Shown here piece by piece: positions 27,298 to 38,519 of a stretch of DNA of 64,000 nucleotides. The stretch spans positions 14,818,001 through 14,882,000 of the forward strand of contig CATNEN010000038.1 of the NCBI GenBank assembly GCA_950097015.1, read 5' to 3'. The first letter of the stretch is position 1; the number at the start of each line of letters is the position of its first letter. Under the pieces are notes generated by a model, which worked only from the letters and a program-made list of their open reading frames with translations, was not told the origin of the DNA and made no database searches. Both the position numbers and the translations under genes were made by a program. The DNA comes from Macrostomum hystrix. Taxonomy: Eukaryota; Animalia; Platyhelminthes.

Positions 27298-28035
27298 GAG
27301 TTGTAGCCAATTGTTTAGAGCAGGGGTCGGCAACCTCCGGCCCGCGGGCCAGATGCAGCCCTCAAAGCTCCCAAATCCGGCCCTTAGCTCCTCCTAACAC
27401 CTACTCTACAGTAAACCCTATCTCATCTCTCCCCTGTCTCATCTCTCCCCTGTTTCATCTCTCTTGTGTCTTATCTCCATACATGCGCAACCTCCCAAAT
27501 CTTAGCCGGCCATGCAACATAGTTTGTTTCATTGCTCTATTTATGACTTAGTTTGCTCTCATTTGCTCTATTTTTCTCTCCCCTTTTTCCTTTTCTTCAC
27601 GCCTTCCTTTTTTGACTCTTGGTCCCCCCTTTGATTTTTTTTGCGCTTGGTCGATTGGTTTTTGCGACTTACCTTGCTTGGCCCTCGTTTTACCCGGCCG
27701 GCCGGGTTGGCTGGGTGTTGCGCATGTATGCTTATCTCTCACCTGTCTGTTCTCTCCTGTGTCTTATCTCTCCCCTATCTTCATGCGGCCCACAGTTGTC
27801 TTTAAGATTCTCTCATTAGCCCGCAGGGTATATAATGTTGCTAACCCATGGTTTAGAGTGTCGGACTTATGGTTTAAAGGTTGAGGGTTTGATTCCTGAT
27901 TTAGCAAGATAGGCCCTACCTAACTCTTAACTCTGCATTGCTTCAGTTCACCAAGCTGTAAAATGGGTACCAGCATTAGCTGGGGTATTTGAGGGAGGGG
28001 TAGGGCATCCACCTAAGCCCATGGACTGAACAGCC
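27298..28035 (+). mobile_element. tRNA/CORE-like SINE (family A) interrupted by a hAT MITE
   Basis: gttgtagccaattg[MITE]...gtcggacttatgg...ttaactctgcattgcttcagttcaccaagctgtaaaatgggtaccagc. Confidence 0.75.
27321..27850. mobile_element. hAT-type MITE, same family as 22128-22774 but in opposite orientation
   Basis: caggggtcggcaacc... / ...tgttgctaacccatg; perfect TSD gtttagag at 27313-27320 and 27851-27858. Confidence 0.85.
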
Positions 28036-29528
28036 TTCAGATGTGCAAGGCAATAGCTGCAGCTGTGCTGTTGGCTGCACATCTGGTCCAATTGGGGCAG
28101 GTGTTGTCAATTACATTTTATTAATTTTTATGTGATGCACTGCTCTCAAACAAGATGCAAACAAATTTAAAAAATGCTGCCAAAAATAAAAAAAATTGAA
28201 ACATAAACATTTTTTGAACCACAATTTAGAATACCTATGACAATGTAAATATGTGGTCTACACATGTATGTGTACATAATTGTAGCAGCAATAGGTTTAG
28301 TGTTCATTGCAAAGTATTGTAATTGTTGATGACAGAAATTGCAAGTGTCCATTTTTACCCAGGTGACAAGATGAAAACAAATGCTTAAGGGACCCTACTG
28401 CTTATCTAACCTAGTTAGTTAATATAAAGTAACTTATATTTACCTGGTAGACAGTAATAGTACAGGACCAGGTGTAGATAACCCCAATGGCTATAGATGC
28501 TTCACTAGCAGACTAAGCTCCCTAGGGGGGGCGAAATTAATAGAGACTATTCTTGTAGAAGTAAAAAATAAAAAAATTAAGAAATAAAGAATTTTCAGAA
28601 CAAGCAGTAGGGCCTAACAATTAGGCCCTACCTGTTTGACTATCATATCCTCTTTTGCCTATAGGCCTAATAATAATAATAATAATTTGACACTAGATCC
28701 AAGGGCCACTGCAGGTTTTGTGTGTCAAGCACACTAGCTGGTGGGACTGCACACTTATTTATTACTTATAATTATTATTATATGATTACAAAAAGCTTAC
28801 TACATAAAAACTGCAAACATAGGGCCTAGTTTGTAGAAATTAAGTAGCTATATAAAAACATTTATAGGATTGTGAAGAGAAACACTGTCCCTACCTATTT
28901 GCCCTTTGGCTATTGGCTATACTATAGCCTCTATACTATAGTATAGGCAAGGTGGTCATTGTCCCCCAGATTGCTAATCTTCTAATTAAAATTAGGCCTA
29001 CACAATTATCTTAAGGAATTACGAAGGTTATTAATATTTTTAATTAAGGTACAAATTACTATTTGAAAACTAAAATATAGAAATTATATTGTGCTTTTAT
29101 TATCTTTTCTGCCATTTTCTGGCATTAACGATTTTTCTAAAAATATAAGGTAACACATGTTCATTTTTATTCAGCAGCACAAATTTTTAACGAGGTAAGG
29201 TTGCACCAGTTTCTTTTCATTTTACCGAAACGTGGTGCCCATCAATAAACACGGACACGGTCATCCAGGTTGCGATCAAAGGTCGGCCACACCACTGAAA
29301 GTACAGTTTTTAATTTTAATTATGTACAGTTCTTATTATAACAAGATTATCACTTAAAAAACTAGCAATATACTAGTTTGGTCGGCAGATCTGAGATCGG
29401 CGGTACAACTCATCGTTGATAACGTTTGCGAAGATATTTGGTGAGTAGAGATTCCCAGAGGCGGTTGCGTATGCACAACGCGGCGTCCAACTGCTGCTCC
29501 TGTGAGCCGGTCAGGGTCCACGTGTGGG

Positions 29529-29699
29529 CAGGGGCGTAGCCAGGATTTTTTTGGGGATATTGGTTTTGGTTCTATCCAGCGTATCCAGAATAAAAAACAA
29601 TTAATTCATTTCTTTCGAAGAAACTGAATGTGAAAAAATTTGAGACATCAAATTTTGGGTGTATCGGCCGATACACCGATCCCCCTCGCTACGCCACTG
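29529..29699. mobile_element. 171-bp hAT-type MITE
   Basis: TIR caggggcgtagc / gctacgccactg; perfect 8-bp TSD cgtgtggg at 29521-29528 and 29700-29707. Confidence 0.85.
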
Positions 29700-30679
29700 C
29701 GTGTGGGCGTTGTATTGGAGCACGGTCTCGATCACAGCCTGATACAACCGCCCCCTCAGCCGGTCTGGAAGCGCGATTCACTAGCTGCAGGACTGTTCGC
29801 AGCTCTGTTCGCAGCTCTGTTCGAGCGGAAAGCTCGATCTGCCAGTGCTCTGCGCCGTGTGCGATGTCGTCCTGCAAGCTTGGAACCAAGGCCACTATAG
29901 GTAGATAAACTCCATGCAGCGAAGTAGCAGCGCCACCTGCCCGCTAGAGTCACGGCAGCGGATCCAAGCCGGTAGGTCTTTCGGCACCGTCAGCACCATC
30001 GCTTTTCGGGCGTTCCACTAACAGCTTGACCACAGCTGCCGCGGTCGTCAGCTTGTCTAGCAGGCGTTAAGCCAGCGCACGCCATGCAGTAACGGAAACT
30101 CACTGAAACGGAAGTCTGCGTCCTCAGCGGCTTGTCCTCTTCGTCGCAGTCTCTCGACTGTCAGCCGGGCCTGCTGCAACGACTCATCGTCCTGCCACGC
30201 AGCTAGCTTACCACTTGGTGCTGCCTAGTTGCACCTGCAGCGGCGATCGATGTTTTGGCGGTGGCGACATTGATGGCGGAGCTGATGTTTCCGTAGTCCA
30301 CTGCGGCAGCTCTCTTCCATCGCCTCGGTGAAGACCATGCAGAAACAGCCTCTCACGTACAGTTGCGGATTGCATGGAGCTCGTAAATAACGGTTTGGTT
30401 CCGTCTCGGTGGTCGGTCGGTACAGTCGGTACGACCGCGCACAGCTAATGGAACCACCTGTCAGTTGGTCACGCGCTGCCGCTCTCGCCAGCGAAGCAGC
30501 ACGTGGTCCAGCTAACGAGTTTCCTCTAGGCGAATTTGCCACAAACGCGCGGTTTTGGCGCGGTCGCTTACATCCTGCAAAAGTCGCCAGTCTCTGTTGT
30601 GCGCGGCTTTCGGAACAGTGTGTTCACCGGTACAAAATCGCGCCGTGCTGCAGCAAAGTCAACCAGTGCGTCATTATTA

Positions 30680-31785
30680 CTTTTCCCACTTGGAGTGGAC
30701 AAAGCGGGCGCATCGCAGCGTTGTAGTCTCCGAGAACGAGCACAGAATCGCGCTGAGCGACTGCCTATACAGCTGCCCTGACAGGAACTCAAGTTTGCCC
30801 TGCCGATGCTCCATCGGGTGCGCCGCTGTGGGTGCGTAGGCGCAGAACAGGCGCACGTTTCGCGAGTGCAGGCGCAAACAAGCCGCAGTATTTCAAACAG
30901 CCCAGCTAATTTGTATGGGACGAGATTTCTATGACCAACCGGAAGGATCTCGAGGCAGTCGACCACTGCGGAAACAGCTGACCTGCCCTTCGGCGGGGTG
31001 GTTTTTATGTGCGCTGGTGATTTTCGCCCACTCCTGCCCGTTGTGGTGAATGGGACTCGTACTGACAACGTCATGGCGTGTGTCAGCAGATCCCCGCTGT
31101 GCATGGAAACTTTTCCAGCGGCATCGCCTGACCAGAAACATTCGACTGCTTAGCAGTTCTGACCCAGAAGCGTATCAGAAGTACACACGGAGCTGCTCAG
31201 ATAGGTGAGTGTGGCTTATTAAATGCTGCATGTGTGATTTTGTATTGGAAGTGCTGTTTTTATGAAGCTCTATCTATTTTTCAGCTGTGCTCTAGCTATT
31301 TAGGAATGCCCAGTTCTAAGATGCGACTTTTAACTCTCGACAGATCGCATCTGGAACGATTGAGCATGATGCGGAAGAGAAAATGTCCATTCCTGATGAG
31401 ATGATCATTTCGGCAGAGGCACCCCTGCGACTGACCTGATCAATTTTGTGTACCCATCGTTGGAGGCTTCCGTAGAGAGCTTTGCAAGCCGAGCGATGGC
31501 CTGGCGCCGTACAACGACACAGTCGACGTCGATGCTATCAACGAGAACTGCCTGGGCCGCATGTTCCCGCGGGCAGATTGCGGGAGTACCGCTCGATAGA
31601 CAGTGTGGCTGATGAGGATGCTGCTACACACTTCCCTCCAGAGCAGCTCAACCATCTAGAACCATCTAGAATGCCCCGAACTTTCCGCGTCACCTGCTGA
31701 GGTTCAAAGTGGGTATGCCAGTGGTGCTTATCAGGAACATCAACCCATCACGGCTGTGCAACGGTACGCAGCTGATAATATTTAA
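30680..31785 (+). pseudogene. Frameshifted Helitron PIF1-family helicase remnant
   Basis: Manual translation gives VWDEISM, LPFGGVVFMCAGDFRPLLPVV, LTRNIR, LAPYNDTVD, YRSIDSV...FPPEQLNHL and FKVGMPVVLIRNINPSRLCNGTQL (PIF1 motifs typical of Helitron RepHel); many frameshifts; possible GT-AG intron 31205-31284. Confidence 0.8.
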
Positions 31786-32052
31786 CCCGTAGTTTGTGTG
31801 ATGACGTACGGAATGCAATGTGAAGTCACGTTGGAGCGACCGTCTACAGCAGCTGCCCCGATAGCTCCTGGCGAAGCGGCGGCTTGGTGGTAATGTGAAA
31901 TTCCCGCAGCATGGCACTTTGTCAAATTATAGACTATGTCTATGTCTAAAACAGACTCGCGCGTAATTATAAGTTACGGCAAACAAACAAACTATCAAGA
32001 CGCAGATAGTTTTTCCTAGAATAAATAAAAGCCCCTAAAGAGCAAATCGCCA

Positions 32053-32556
32053 ATGAGCAGCGCACAGCCTAATCAACAGACTTTCCGACATCACCGCGTA
32101 TTTTTTCCGGTTCACGTTTATCTTCACTATACTGACACTCTGGACTATGCTGAAAAAGCGCTGGAAATTCGGCACAAACTCATACACAGCGATCTATTTC
32201 CGTTTCCCATTACTTTTACACCTGTGCAAGCCTCCGGTCCGGACGTTGACTTAAACATATTCGATGTGTACGTGATCGGCGGTCATCGACAATACAGATT
32301 CGGCATCGATCAAGAGGGCCGGTTGCCAAGCCTAGCAGAGATTATCGACACAATCGGATGGGCTTCCGTGCGATCTCGCGAACCAATGCAGCGCTCGTTG
32401 GTGATGACCACATCCACCATGGATACGGCGTCAATTTTTGAGCACCTGTTCCAGTCAAACACGGAGTATAATAGATCAGACACAGACGGCCCTGACGAGG
32501 CTGTGACCATGGCCGAAAAAGCTCATCTTCAGAATCGTCAAGATTTGCAAAATTAA
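32053..32556 (+). CDS. Unassigned 167-aa ORF
   Basis: ATG start, protein-like composition, AATAAA ~75 nt downstream; no recognisable motif. Confidence 0.35.
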   Translation: MSSAQPNQQTFRHHRVFFPVHVYLHYTDTLDYAEKALEIRHKLIHSDLFPFPITFTPVQASGPDVDLNIFDVYVIGGHRQYRFGIDQEGRLPSLAEIIDTIGWASVRSREPMQRSLVMTTSTMDTASIFEHLFQSNTEYNRSDTDGPDEAVTMAEKAHLQNRQDLQN

Positions 32557-33009
32557 ACTATACATATGCGAGTATGCTGCAGAAAGGCAATCTAGCTGTC
32601 TAACTTTTCTAGAAGAGATCATCATTATACAATAAAAATGACTCCCAGGAGCGATTATAGTTCTACGAGCTATAGCATTCTTTGAAAAATACATTTATTC
32701 TTGCATTTATGCTTACTAACCAACTTTAATGCTCTACGCAGTTCTCTCCTTCTTTTCGTGGTCTAGTGCTGAATTTTAATATAATTTCTTTCTTTTCGAC
32801 GTCTTTCCACCGGGACTACAATTATGCAAATTACTCATATATTACACCATAGTACGCAGACTTGACTTCACTTAGCGTCAGCCGAGCACGTATGCAGCGA
32901 AGAGGCGGAGGGAACCGCCACTTTCACTAGTTCCAGAAGACCCTCGTGAGGTTGTTTTGCTCTAGTGGACCCGTCGGTGGGGAAGAAGTCGGATCACCCG
33001 GTGTCCCTG

Positions 33010-33515
33010 AGTAGTATAAAAAAATATGAAACAAACGCGTTTTCCTTATGGAGAAATACATAGGTAGTACCGCATAGGAAATGCCTATACATTTAACTCA
33101 AAACGCACCAAAAATTTTCTAAGTCCTAACTCGCACGAGGAATTTTTCTAAGTCAAAGTCTATCTCTCTCTCTTCTCTCTCTCTCTCTATCTCTGTCCTT
33201 GGCATGTTGTTAAAAAATTCCAAGTCCAAGCTAACTGCTCGTTTAGTGTGCAGATAAGAATTCAGAGACACGCTAACAATCTGAAATGCTATGTTGATAT
33301 GTTGAATCTGATATGTTGAATCAGTTTTATTTAAAGCTACCACTAGCGAGAGTTGCTGCACACAGACTTAGTGTCATTGTCACACTAACTTGACAAAATA
33401 TTCTATCACAAATTAATGTTTCTGTCTTATTCATCAGATTCGGTACGAAGCTTTTTGTTGAAACAGAAATTTTTATTTAATTCCACACGCGGTATCATAT
33501 GACACATGCTAAAAT
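33010..33515 (+). repeat. Left terminal inverted repeat
   Basis: First 73 bp identical to the reverse complement of the right end; similarity decays inward to ~33450-33515; internal (CT)n tract. Confidence 0.9.
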
Positions 33516-33630
33516 ATTGTCGAACCAACTAGCCATAAAATAATTCAAGACTTGCTTTTGAAGCATCGCACCATTTTATGCATCTCTTAATGCACTTACA
33601 GTATACTTAAACCGTTAACATGACCAACAG

Positions 33631-34200
33631 TCACAGATAATGAATTAAAACTCGTAAAACAAAAGATCGCAGTTTAACATAGGCTTTTCGGAAAGAATCA
33701 CTTCGCGAGACATTGCGCTTAGAAATACTCTTTAGAAAGACGTGCAGATTTTTTCGAATAGTCAATTTATAAAAGACATAAAATACAGCCCAAAAGCCAC
33801 AGCTACCGCTTCGAGGGTCTTGAACAGCAAAGCGAGTATAACTCCAATTTCTTGCCCCACCACATTGTATTCCTAACCAACGTGCCACAGATGCAATCGG
33901 ATGGAGTCCAAGTGAATCGAAATATTCTCCATATCTTTTACCCTGTCGACCTGCATAGGACGTATTTCCATGCACCCAAACACAAACCCAATGTTTTCCA
34001 GGTAGATTAGAAGTGTCTGTGTTTACAATAAAAAAATAATCCTTTTCATTAAGTGGAAGATGCTTAATACTTAATACAAAATCTTGGGGGAATACTCCTA
34101 AGAAGACAGCATGCGAAAAATAAGCGCACAGTTTTGTAGCAATAGACCGAAGAAATCGATCTGTAACACCGTTTTGTAGAATAGAATCAATTACTTCCAT
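33631..34200 (-). CDS. Adenain-like cysteine maturation protease (PRO)
   Basis: IVNTD...GKHWV, YFDSLG and VQ..SGSCGFW give the H/D/Q/C catalytic set. Confidence 0.92.
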   Translation of the reverse strand: MEVIDSILQNGVTDRFLRSIATKLCAYFSHAVFLGVFPQDFVLSIKHLPLNEKDYFFIVNTDTSNLPGKHWVCVWVHGNTSYAGRQGKRYGEYFDSLGLHPIASVARWLGIQCGGARNWSYTRFAVQDPRSGSCGFWAVFYVFYKLTIRKNLHVFLKSISKRNVSRSDSFRKAYVKLRSFVLRVLIHYL

Positions 34201-35513
34201 GCAGTTCCAGGAACAACGTCACGAAGCTCAGTTAGTTGCAATTGCTTGTCAAAAATTCCTCCAAATATGACGTTGTACACAGTGCTAGTTGCAGAACTGA
34301 ATCGCAGCTCAATTTTCACATTTCCTTCCTTATACAGTTGAACACCATGTCCGATACCTGGTTCACTACCGAGACTAAAGGCAAAAATAGAGTATCCATT
34401 CGCATATTCACCCATAGTGAAACCAATGTCACGTCCTTGCAGATAAAGACCCAGTTGCTGTAGAAGAAAAGTATACTCTGTCACACAGTCACCTTCAAAG
34501 TTGGTTTGCAGCGGTCGACATGGCATTGACTCTCCATTTACAAACACACCGATGCTGTTAACGTTAGCATGCTCAAAGTTGAATGGATTCGTGTCCATGC
34601 TTCCATTGAATGCTCGGTTATTTACAAAAGCTAATAATAAAAGCCGTGGAACTCCACTTGGGAATAAATTCTCGTGCGTGTGGCTGGATGATCCGCGAGG
34701 AATAGTAAATGTTCCCATGCTTAGACTCCGGTGGGGATATAGAGCATTGTGGCTTTTCAGACCATGTGCATGAGCACTAGTAACGCTAGGTGATGGTTGG
34801 ACAAGTCGCAGTCGTAATTCTGCTCGCAAGAACCTAATTTCATAATCTTTAAGTTGCACATCGCTTCCTATTGATGCACCACTCAAAACAAATTTGCTTT
34901 TTGCTGGTGTTAATTTGATACGCATTGGTGTCTTTGAAAGTAGATATCGCGGTTGACGAAAAAGATCTAAAAATAGAGGACCAGACACTGTACAATGTCG
35001 ATTTTCAGCAATCAACGATCGCCTCTTCGTTCGTCCTTCGTTATCGTTTGTTGAATTCATTTTACCAGCAGTATCTTTGTAGAAACCCCAAGGCACCAGA
35101 CCTGACTTCTGTGCTGTGTGTCCATACTCAAGAAGTGTTAGAAGCATTGCCTTGTAGGGATACATGAAGCTTCCACCTTCAACAACAGTGTCTCCAATAG
35201 TAAATTGCACATCTTCAAACAATGTTGCGATTGCTAAGTTGTTTACACACACATAGTTTTTTGCAGCATCAATTGCGTTACCTTCTCCGTCGCTGACGCG
35301 GAAGCTAACTGTTAGCACAGTATCATGCAGATCTAAATACAGATCTCCAGGCGGTACAATCTCAAACTCGATTGGAGAACCTTTTGTTATCCCATGTTGT
35401 GGTTGAATGTCTGTGTAGCGACTTTCTAAAACACTGAATTGAACAGGTGTCTGGTCAAAGAGAGAGAGTTCGCTTTTCAATGCAGCAATGTCGGGACCGA
35501 GAAGTTGATTCAT
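34191..35513 (-). CDS. Major capsid protein (double jelly-roll, PY/hexon-like)
   Basis: 440 aa; KSELSLF..TPVQ, PIEFEI..YLDL, LDLFRQPRYL, NPFNFEH and YANGYSIFAF are typical Polinton PY motifs. Confidence 0.9.
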   Translation of the reverse strand: MNQLLGPDIAALKSELSLFDQTPVQFSVLESRYTDIQPQHGITKGSPIEFEIVPPGDLYLDLHDTVLTVSFRVSDGEGNAIDAAKNYVCVNNLAIATLFEDVQFTIGDTVVEGGSFMYPYKAMLLTLLEYGHTAQKSGLVPWGFYKDTAGKMNSTNDNEGRTKRRSLIAENRHCTVSGPLFLDLFRQPRYLLSKTPMRIKLTPAKSKFVLSGASIGSDVQLKDYEIRFLRAELRLRLVQPSPSVTSAHAHGLKSHNALYPHRSLSMGTFTIPRGSSSHTHENLFPSGVPRLLLLAFVNNRAFNGSMDTNPFNFEHANVNSIGVFVNGESMPCRPLQTNFEGDCVTEYTFLLQQLGLYLQGRDIGFTMGEYANGYSIFAFSLGSEPGIGHGVQLYKEGNVKIELRFSSATSTVYNVIFGGIFDKQLQLTELRDVVPGTAWK

Positions 35514-35514
35514 G

Positions 35515-35949
35515 TTATTTTCCGAATAAACTAAAAAGCTTCTTGCTTGCAGCGGAGTTTTGCTTTCCTCTTCGTTTCTTGACTCTGTAGGTACTTCGTC
35601 CTCCTCGTCGTCTTGTTACACCTCGTTTTTTTCCTTTACGTCTTAAGCTTATAGGTCTAGCTGCTCTCTTTCGTCGCTTGTTGGTTAAGGTAGGCGTGTC
35701 AAACATGTCTTCTTCAGAAGTTGAGTTCGCGTGCCGCTTGCGCCCCATACCGATTTTGCTGGCAGCGCTTTTAAAATAATCTAGGCTGCGATCCAGAAGA
35801 TCCTTTTTAGCATTACGTATTACAGGAAATAGCAGTCTTTCAGCCAAGTTTGATAGGAATCCGTATCCTTCGTAGACGGGGATTGCAGATGCTCCTCGTC
35901 CACCGATTGAATTATTTGGACCGGAATAGAAGGCGAATATCGGATCCAT
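35515..35949 (-). CDS. Virion core precursor: protease sites, amphipathic helix, R/K-rich tail
   Basis: PVYEGYG|FLSNLAERLLFPVIR amphipathic segment; IGMG|RKR; protamine-like C-terminus; immediately upstream of MCP as in other Polintons. Confidence 0.7.
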   Translation of the reverse strand: MDPIFAFYSGPNNSIGGRGASAIPVYEGYGFLSNLAERLLFPVIRNAKKDLLDRSLDYFKSAASKIGMGRKRHANSTSEEDMFDTPTLTNKRRKRAARPISLRRKGKKRGVTRRRGGRSTYRVKKRRGKQNSAASKKLFSLFGK

Positions 35950-35982
35950 GACTTATTATTAAGCGATATCAGTTTTTCAGCT

Positions 35983-37134
35983 TTACTTATACACACGAGC
36001 AAACAGTCTAGCAGTCTTTGCATCGAGATCTTTTTCACTCAGCCACTGACTCCGTGAAATTGGCATGTCTTTCCACTTTACTAAATACAAACGATTACCC
36101 TTCTGCGAACGATCTGTTTCGAGAACCTTTTCTATATCGACAGGTTCCTCATCCACTTCATTCACGAGTAGAAGTTCATCCTCGTTGAATCTTCCTTCTA
36201 GCAAATCGAAATTATCTTCTGAATCAGCTAATTCATACATTGGCGGGTCAGACAGGTGAACATGATGAACACGAAACTTTGAATTGCTCCAAATTGTTGT
36301 GTAACCCTTTTCAAAAATTCCTCGTCGTCGGAGAATTCGCACCCAATCACCAACTTTGAATTTTGGTTTTGAAGTGCGCACTTGTGTAAACATTTTGTCC
36401 CATAGAATTCCTTGAAGATGTTCATCATTCTCTACTCGTTTCGGTGTTTCTCCACTTAAAGCTCGATGTGGACTTGCGTTGAAATTTTTCTCCAACTGTG
36501 GCAATATGTCAAACCAACGTGCTAGATTCTTAGCTCGAAAGTATCGTTGCAGGCGTTCTTTTAGAGATCGAATAAATCTTTCTGCCAGGCTAGCCTTGTA
36601 GGAACTTTGAGAAACGAAAAACCTCACTCCCTCCTGTTTTAGCATTTGTCGCGTTGATTTTCCAAGAAACTCCATGCCTGCGTCGCCTTGTAAATAAACT
36701 GGTTTGAAGCCACTTCGAAAAATATCTTGCAGCACTCGACTCACTTCGCTAGGTTTCTTTGTCTTTAATGGCCTAAGTCGAATGCTTCGCGTGAAGCAGT
36801 CAATTAGAACTAGTATGAAACGATAACCTCGATTTTCAGTTTTATACTGCGGCAGGTCGGCTAAATCGATTTGAAACTGGAATCGTGCCACGGGTGGTAC
36901 ACTAATTTTTGGTGTCAGAAATTTTTTAGGCAACTTTTGAAATAAATGGTGCTCTTTTGTTGATCGTACCCAACTTTGTACTTCCTTTCGTGCGTCTTCA
37001 TATTTTATCTGTGGAAATTCTTTGCGCACAGCACGAACAAGTTCAGATCTATTACCTGAGAACGAAGTCGGATTTTCCAAGTTGAAGAAAGAATCAGATA
37101 GAAACTGAGCAATACTTTTACGTATTCCTTGCAT
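35983..37134 (-). CDS. Retroviral-type (RVE) integrase with C-terminal chromodomain
   Basis: QIDLAD / LQGDAGMEF / LAERFIRSLK DDE triad; FKVGDWVRI..FEKGY; IEKVL...YLVKWKD...SQWL. Confidence 0.95.
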   Translation of the reverse strand: MQGIRKSIAQFLSDSFFNLENPTSFSGNRSELVRAVRKEFPQIKYEDARKEVQSWVRSTKEHHLFQKLPKKFLTPKISVPPVARFQFQIDLADLPQYKTENRGYRFILVLIDCFTRSIRLRPLKTKKPSEVSRVLQDIFRSGFKPVYLQGDAGMEFLGKSTRQMLKQEGVRFFVSQSSYKASLAERFIRSLKERLQRYFRAKNLARWFDILPQLEKNFNASPHRALSGETPKRVENDEHLQGILWDKMFTQVRTSKPKFKVGDWVRILRRRGIFEKGYTTIWSNSKFRVHHVHLSDPPMYELADSEDNFDLLEGRFNEDELLLVNEVDEEPVDIEKVLETDRSQKGNRLYLVKWKDMPISRSQWLSEKDLDAKTARLFARVYK

Positions 37135-37363
37135 TGATTGTATTGCAGCAAATGAAGCTTACGTCGATAACTGAATCACCGTCGGTTGTCTCGCTTTCAA
37201 AGCAGGAGTTAAATATGAGCGGACAGCAAGTTTCTAGCTGCAAATAATCAAAGAAACTCTGCAACAAAACTCTTAGGTTTGAACAGGTCATGACTTACAA
37301 ATTTATTAATTATCAAGTGTCAATAATGCATTATACCATACAATAATTAAAAGCACGCTTATA

Positions 37364-38482
37364 CTAAACATCTCTCTGATAATTTTCAAGCAGACTTAAA
37401 TCTTCGAGGTTCACCTCAGGTTCCTCAGCAATGGCAGTCTCAAACTCCTTTCGCACATGACGACCGACTTGGCTAGCTGTAACGCCTCGTTTCCGAAGAA
37501 ATTCAAGGAAATGTTGAAGACCGATTGGAGGTTCTTTTTCGTTTCGCTTTAGCGGTTTATCACGAACAATATATTCCATTAAATCTTGAATTTCATTTTC
37601 AGAAAAATCTTCGGGTAGAGGTTCCAACGATGAATCGTTTGAGAATAGATTTTTAGCGAGTCTATCCAGCCGAGAGCGGAAAGCCTTAGGAATTTGCATT
37701 CGATCTTGCATTTCGAATTGACTTGAAAAACTTTCGCGAACAGGTGCTGGTCTTTCCACTCCAGTGTGGTAGACTCTATGTGACTTTAACAATTTACTCT
37801 CCAAGTCAGATCTTTTCAGTTGAGCTGTAGAGGAGGGCTGCTTTTCAATTACATCATCTAGAGCATCAATTTCTTCTCGCATTGAAACTATATTCTTTGC
37901 TAGTACATCTCGCGGTGTCTCCAGAGCATCTGTTTTACGTACTAAGCTGCTTGATAGTATTTCGTCCTGTCTCTGTTGCATTGATTGATACATGCTTTCA
38001 GGAATCAGAAACATTCGCTGTAGTTCATTCGCATTTCGAGACTGCATGTTTAGTTTTTTTCGCTGAATTGCTCTAACTAAGTTTGCTGCACCGGCGGCAG
38101 TTCCAACAACACCAGAAGTAATTCCTAACGCTGTGCCTATAGCAGGTAGAGCGGCAATGATAGGAGCCAAGAACGGTAAAAACCCACCGTGCTGTACAAG
38201 GATTCTTCTTTTCTCACCAAGTGGAGTCTCTCTTTTTAATAGCTTTTTGATATACTTGCTATGTTTCTCAAGCCGGGTCTTGTTGCAGGAACTCACTTGA
38301 ACACGTCCGTTGACAATGTTTAGCAGAAACTCCACTAGACAGCGAATCTCTGCTTCTGTTAGAGTTTTCAAAAAGCTTTTTCGATGTTTTGGATTTCTCA
38401 GACGGCTTACAGCTTGTAAAACAAATGCACACTGAGATAGCGACTGAGCACTTCGCTTTATGTTTTCAGTAATGTTAGTCAT
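37364..38482 (-). CDS. Conserved Polinton QxGG|FL virion protein fused in frame to a second conserved ORF (internal Met146 at 38047)
   Basis: RCLVEFLLNIVNG..KRRILVQHGGFLPFLAPII motif; second part begins MQSRNANELQRMFLIP and ends PPIGLQHFLEFL. Confidence 0.7.
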   Translation of the reverse strand: MTNITENIKRSAQSLSQCAFVLQAVSRLRNPKHRKSFLKTLTEAEIRCLVEFLLNIVNGRVQVSSCNKTRLEKHSKYIKKLLKRETPLGEKRRILVQHGGFLPFLAPIIAALPAIGTALGITSGVVGTAAGAANLVRAIQRKKLNMQSRNANELQRMFLIPESMYQSMQQRQDEILSSSLVRKTDALETPRDVLAKNIVSMREEIDALDDVIEKQPSSTAQLKRSDLESKLLKSHRVYHTGVERPAPVRESFSSQFEMQDRMQIPKAFRSRLDRLAKNLFSNDSSLEPLPEDFSENEIQDLMEYIVRDKPLKRNEKEPPIGLQHFLEFLRKRGVTASQVGRHVRKEFETAIAEEPEVNLEDLSLLENYQRDV

Positions 38483-38519
38483 GGCAAGAAATGAGCTTCT
38501 TTTAGAAATTCACATTTGC

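Noticed and set aside
29430-29500. Helitron Rep HUH motif (EFQxRGxxHxH-like)
   Set aside because: Too degenerate to support without a profile search
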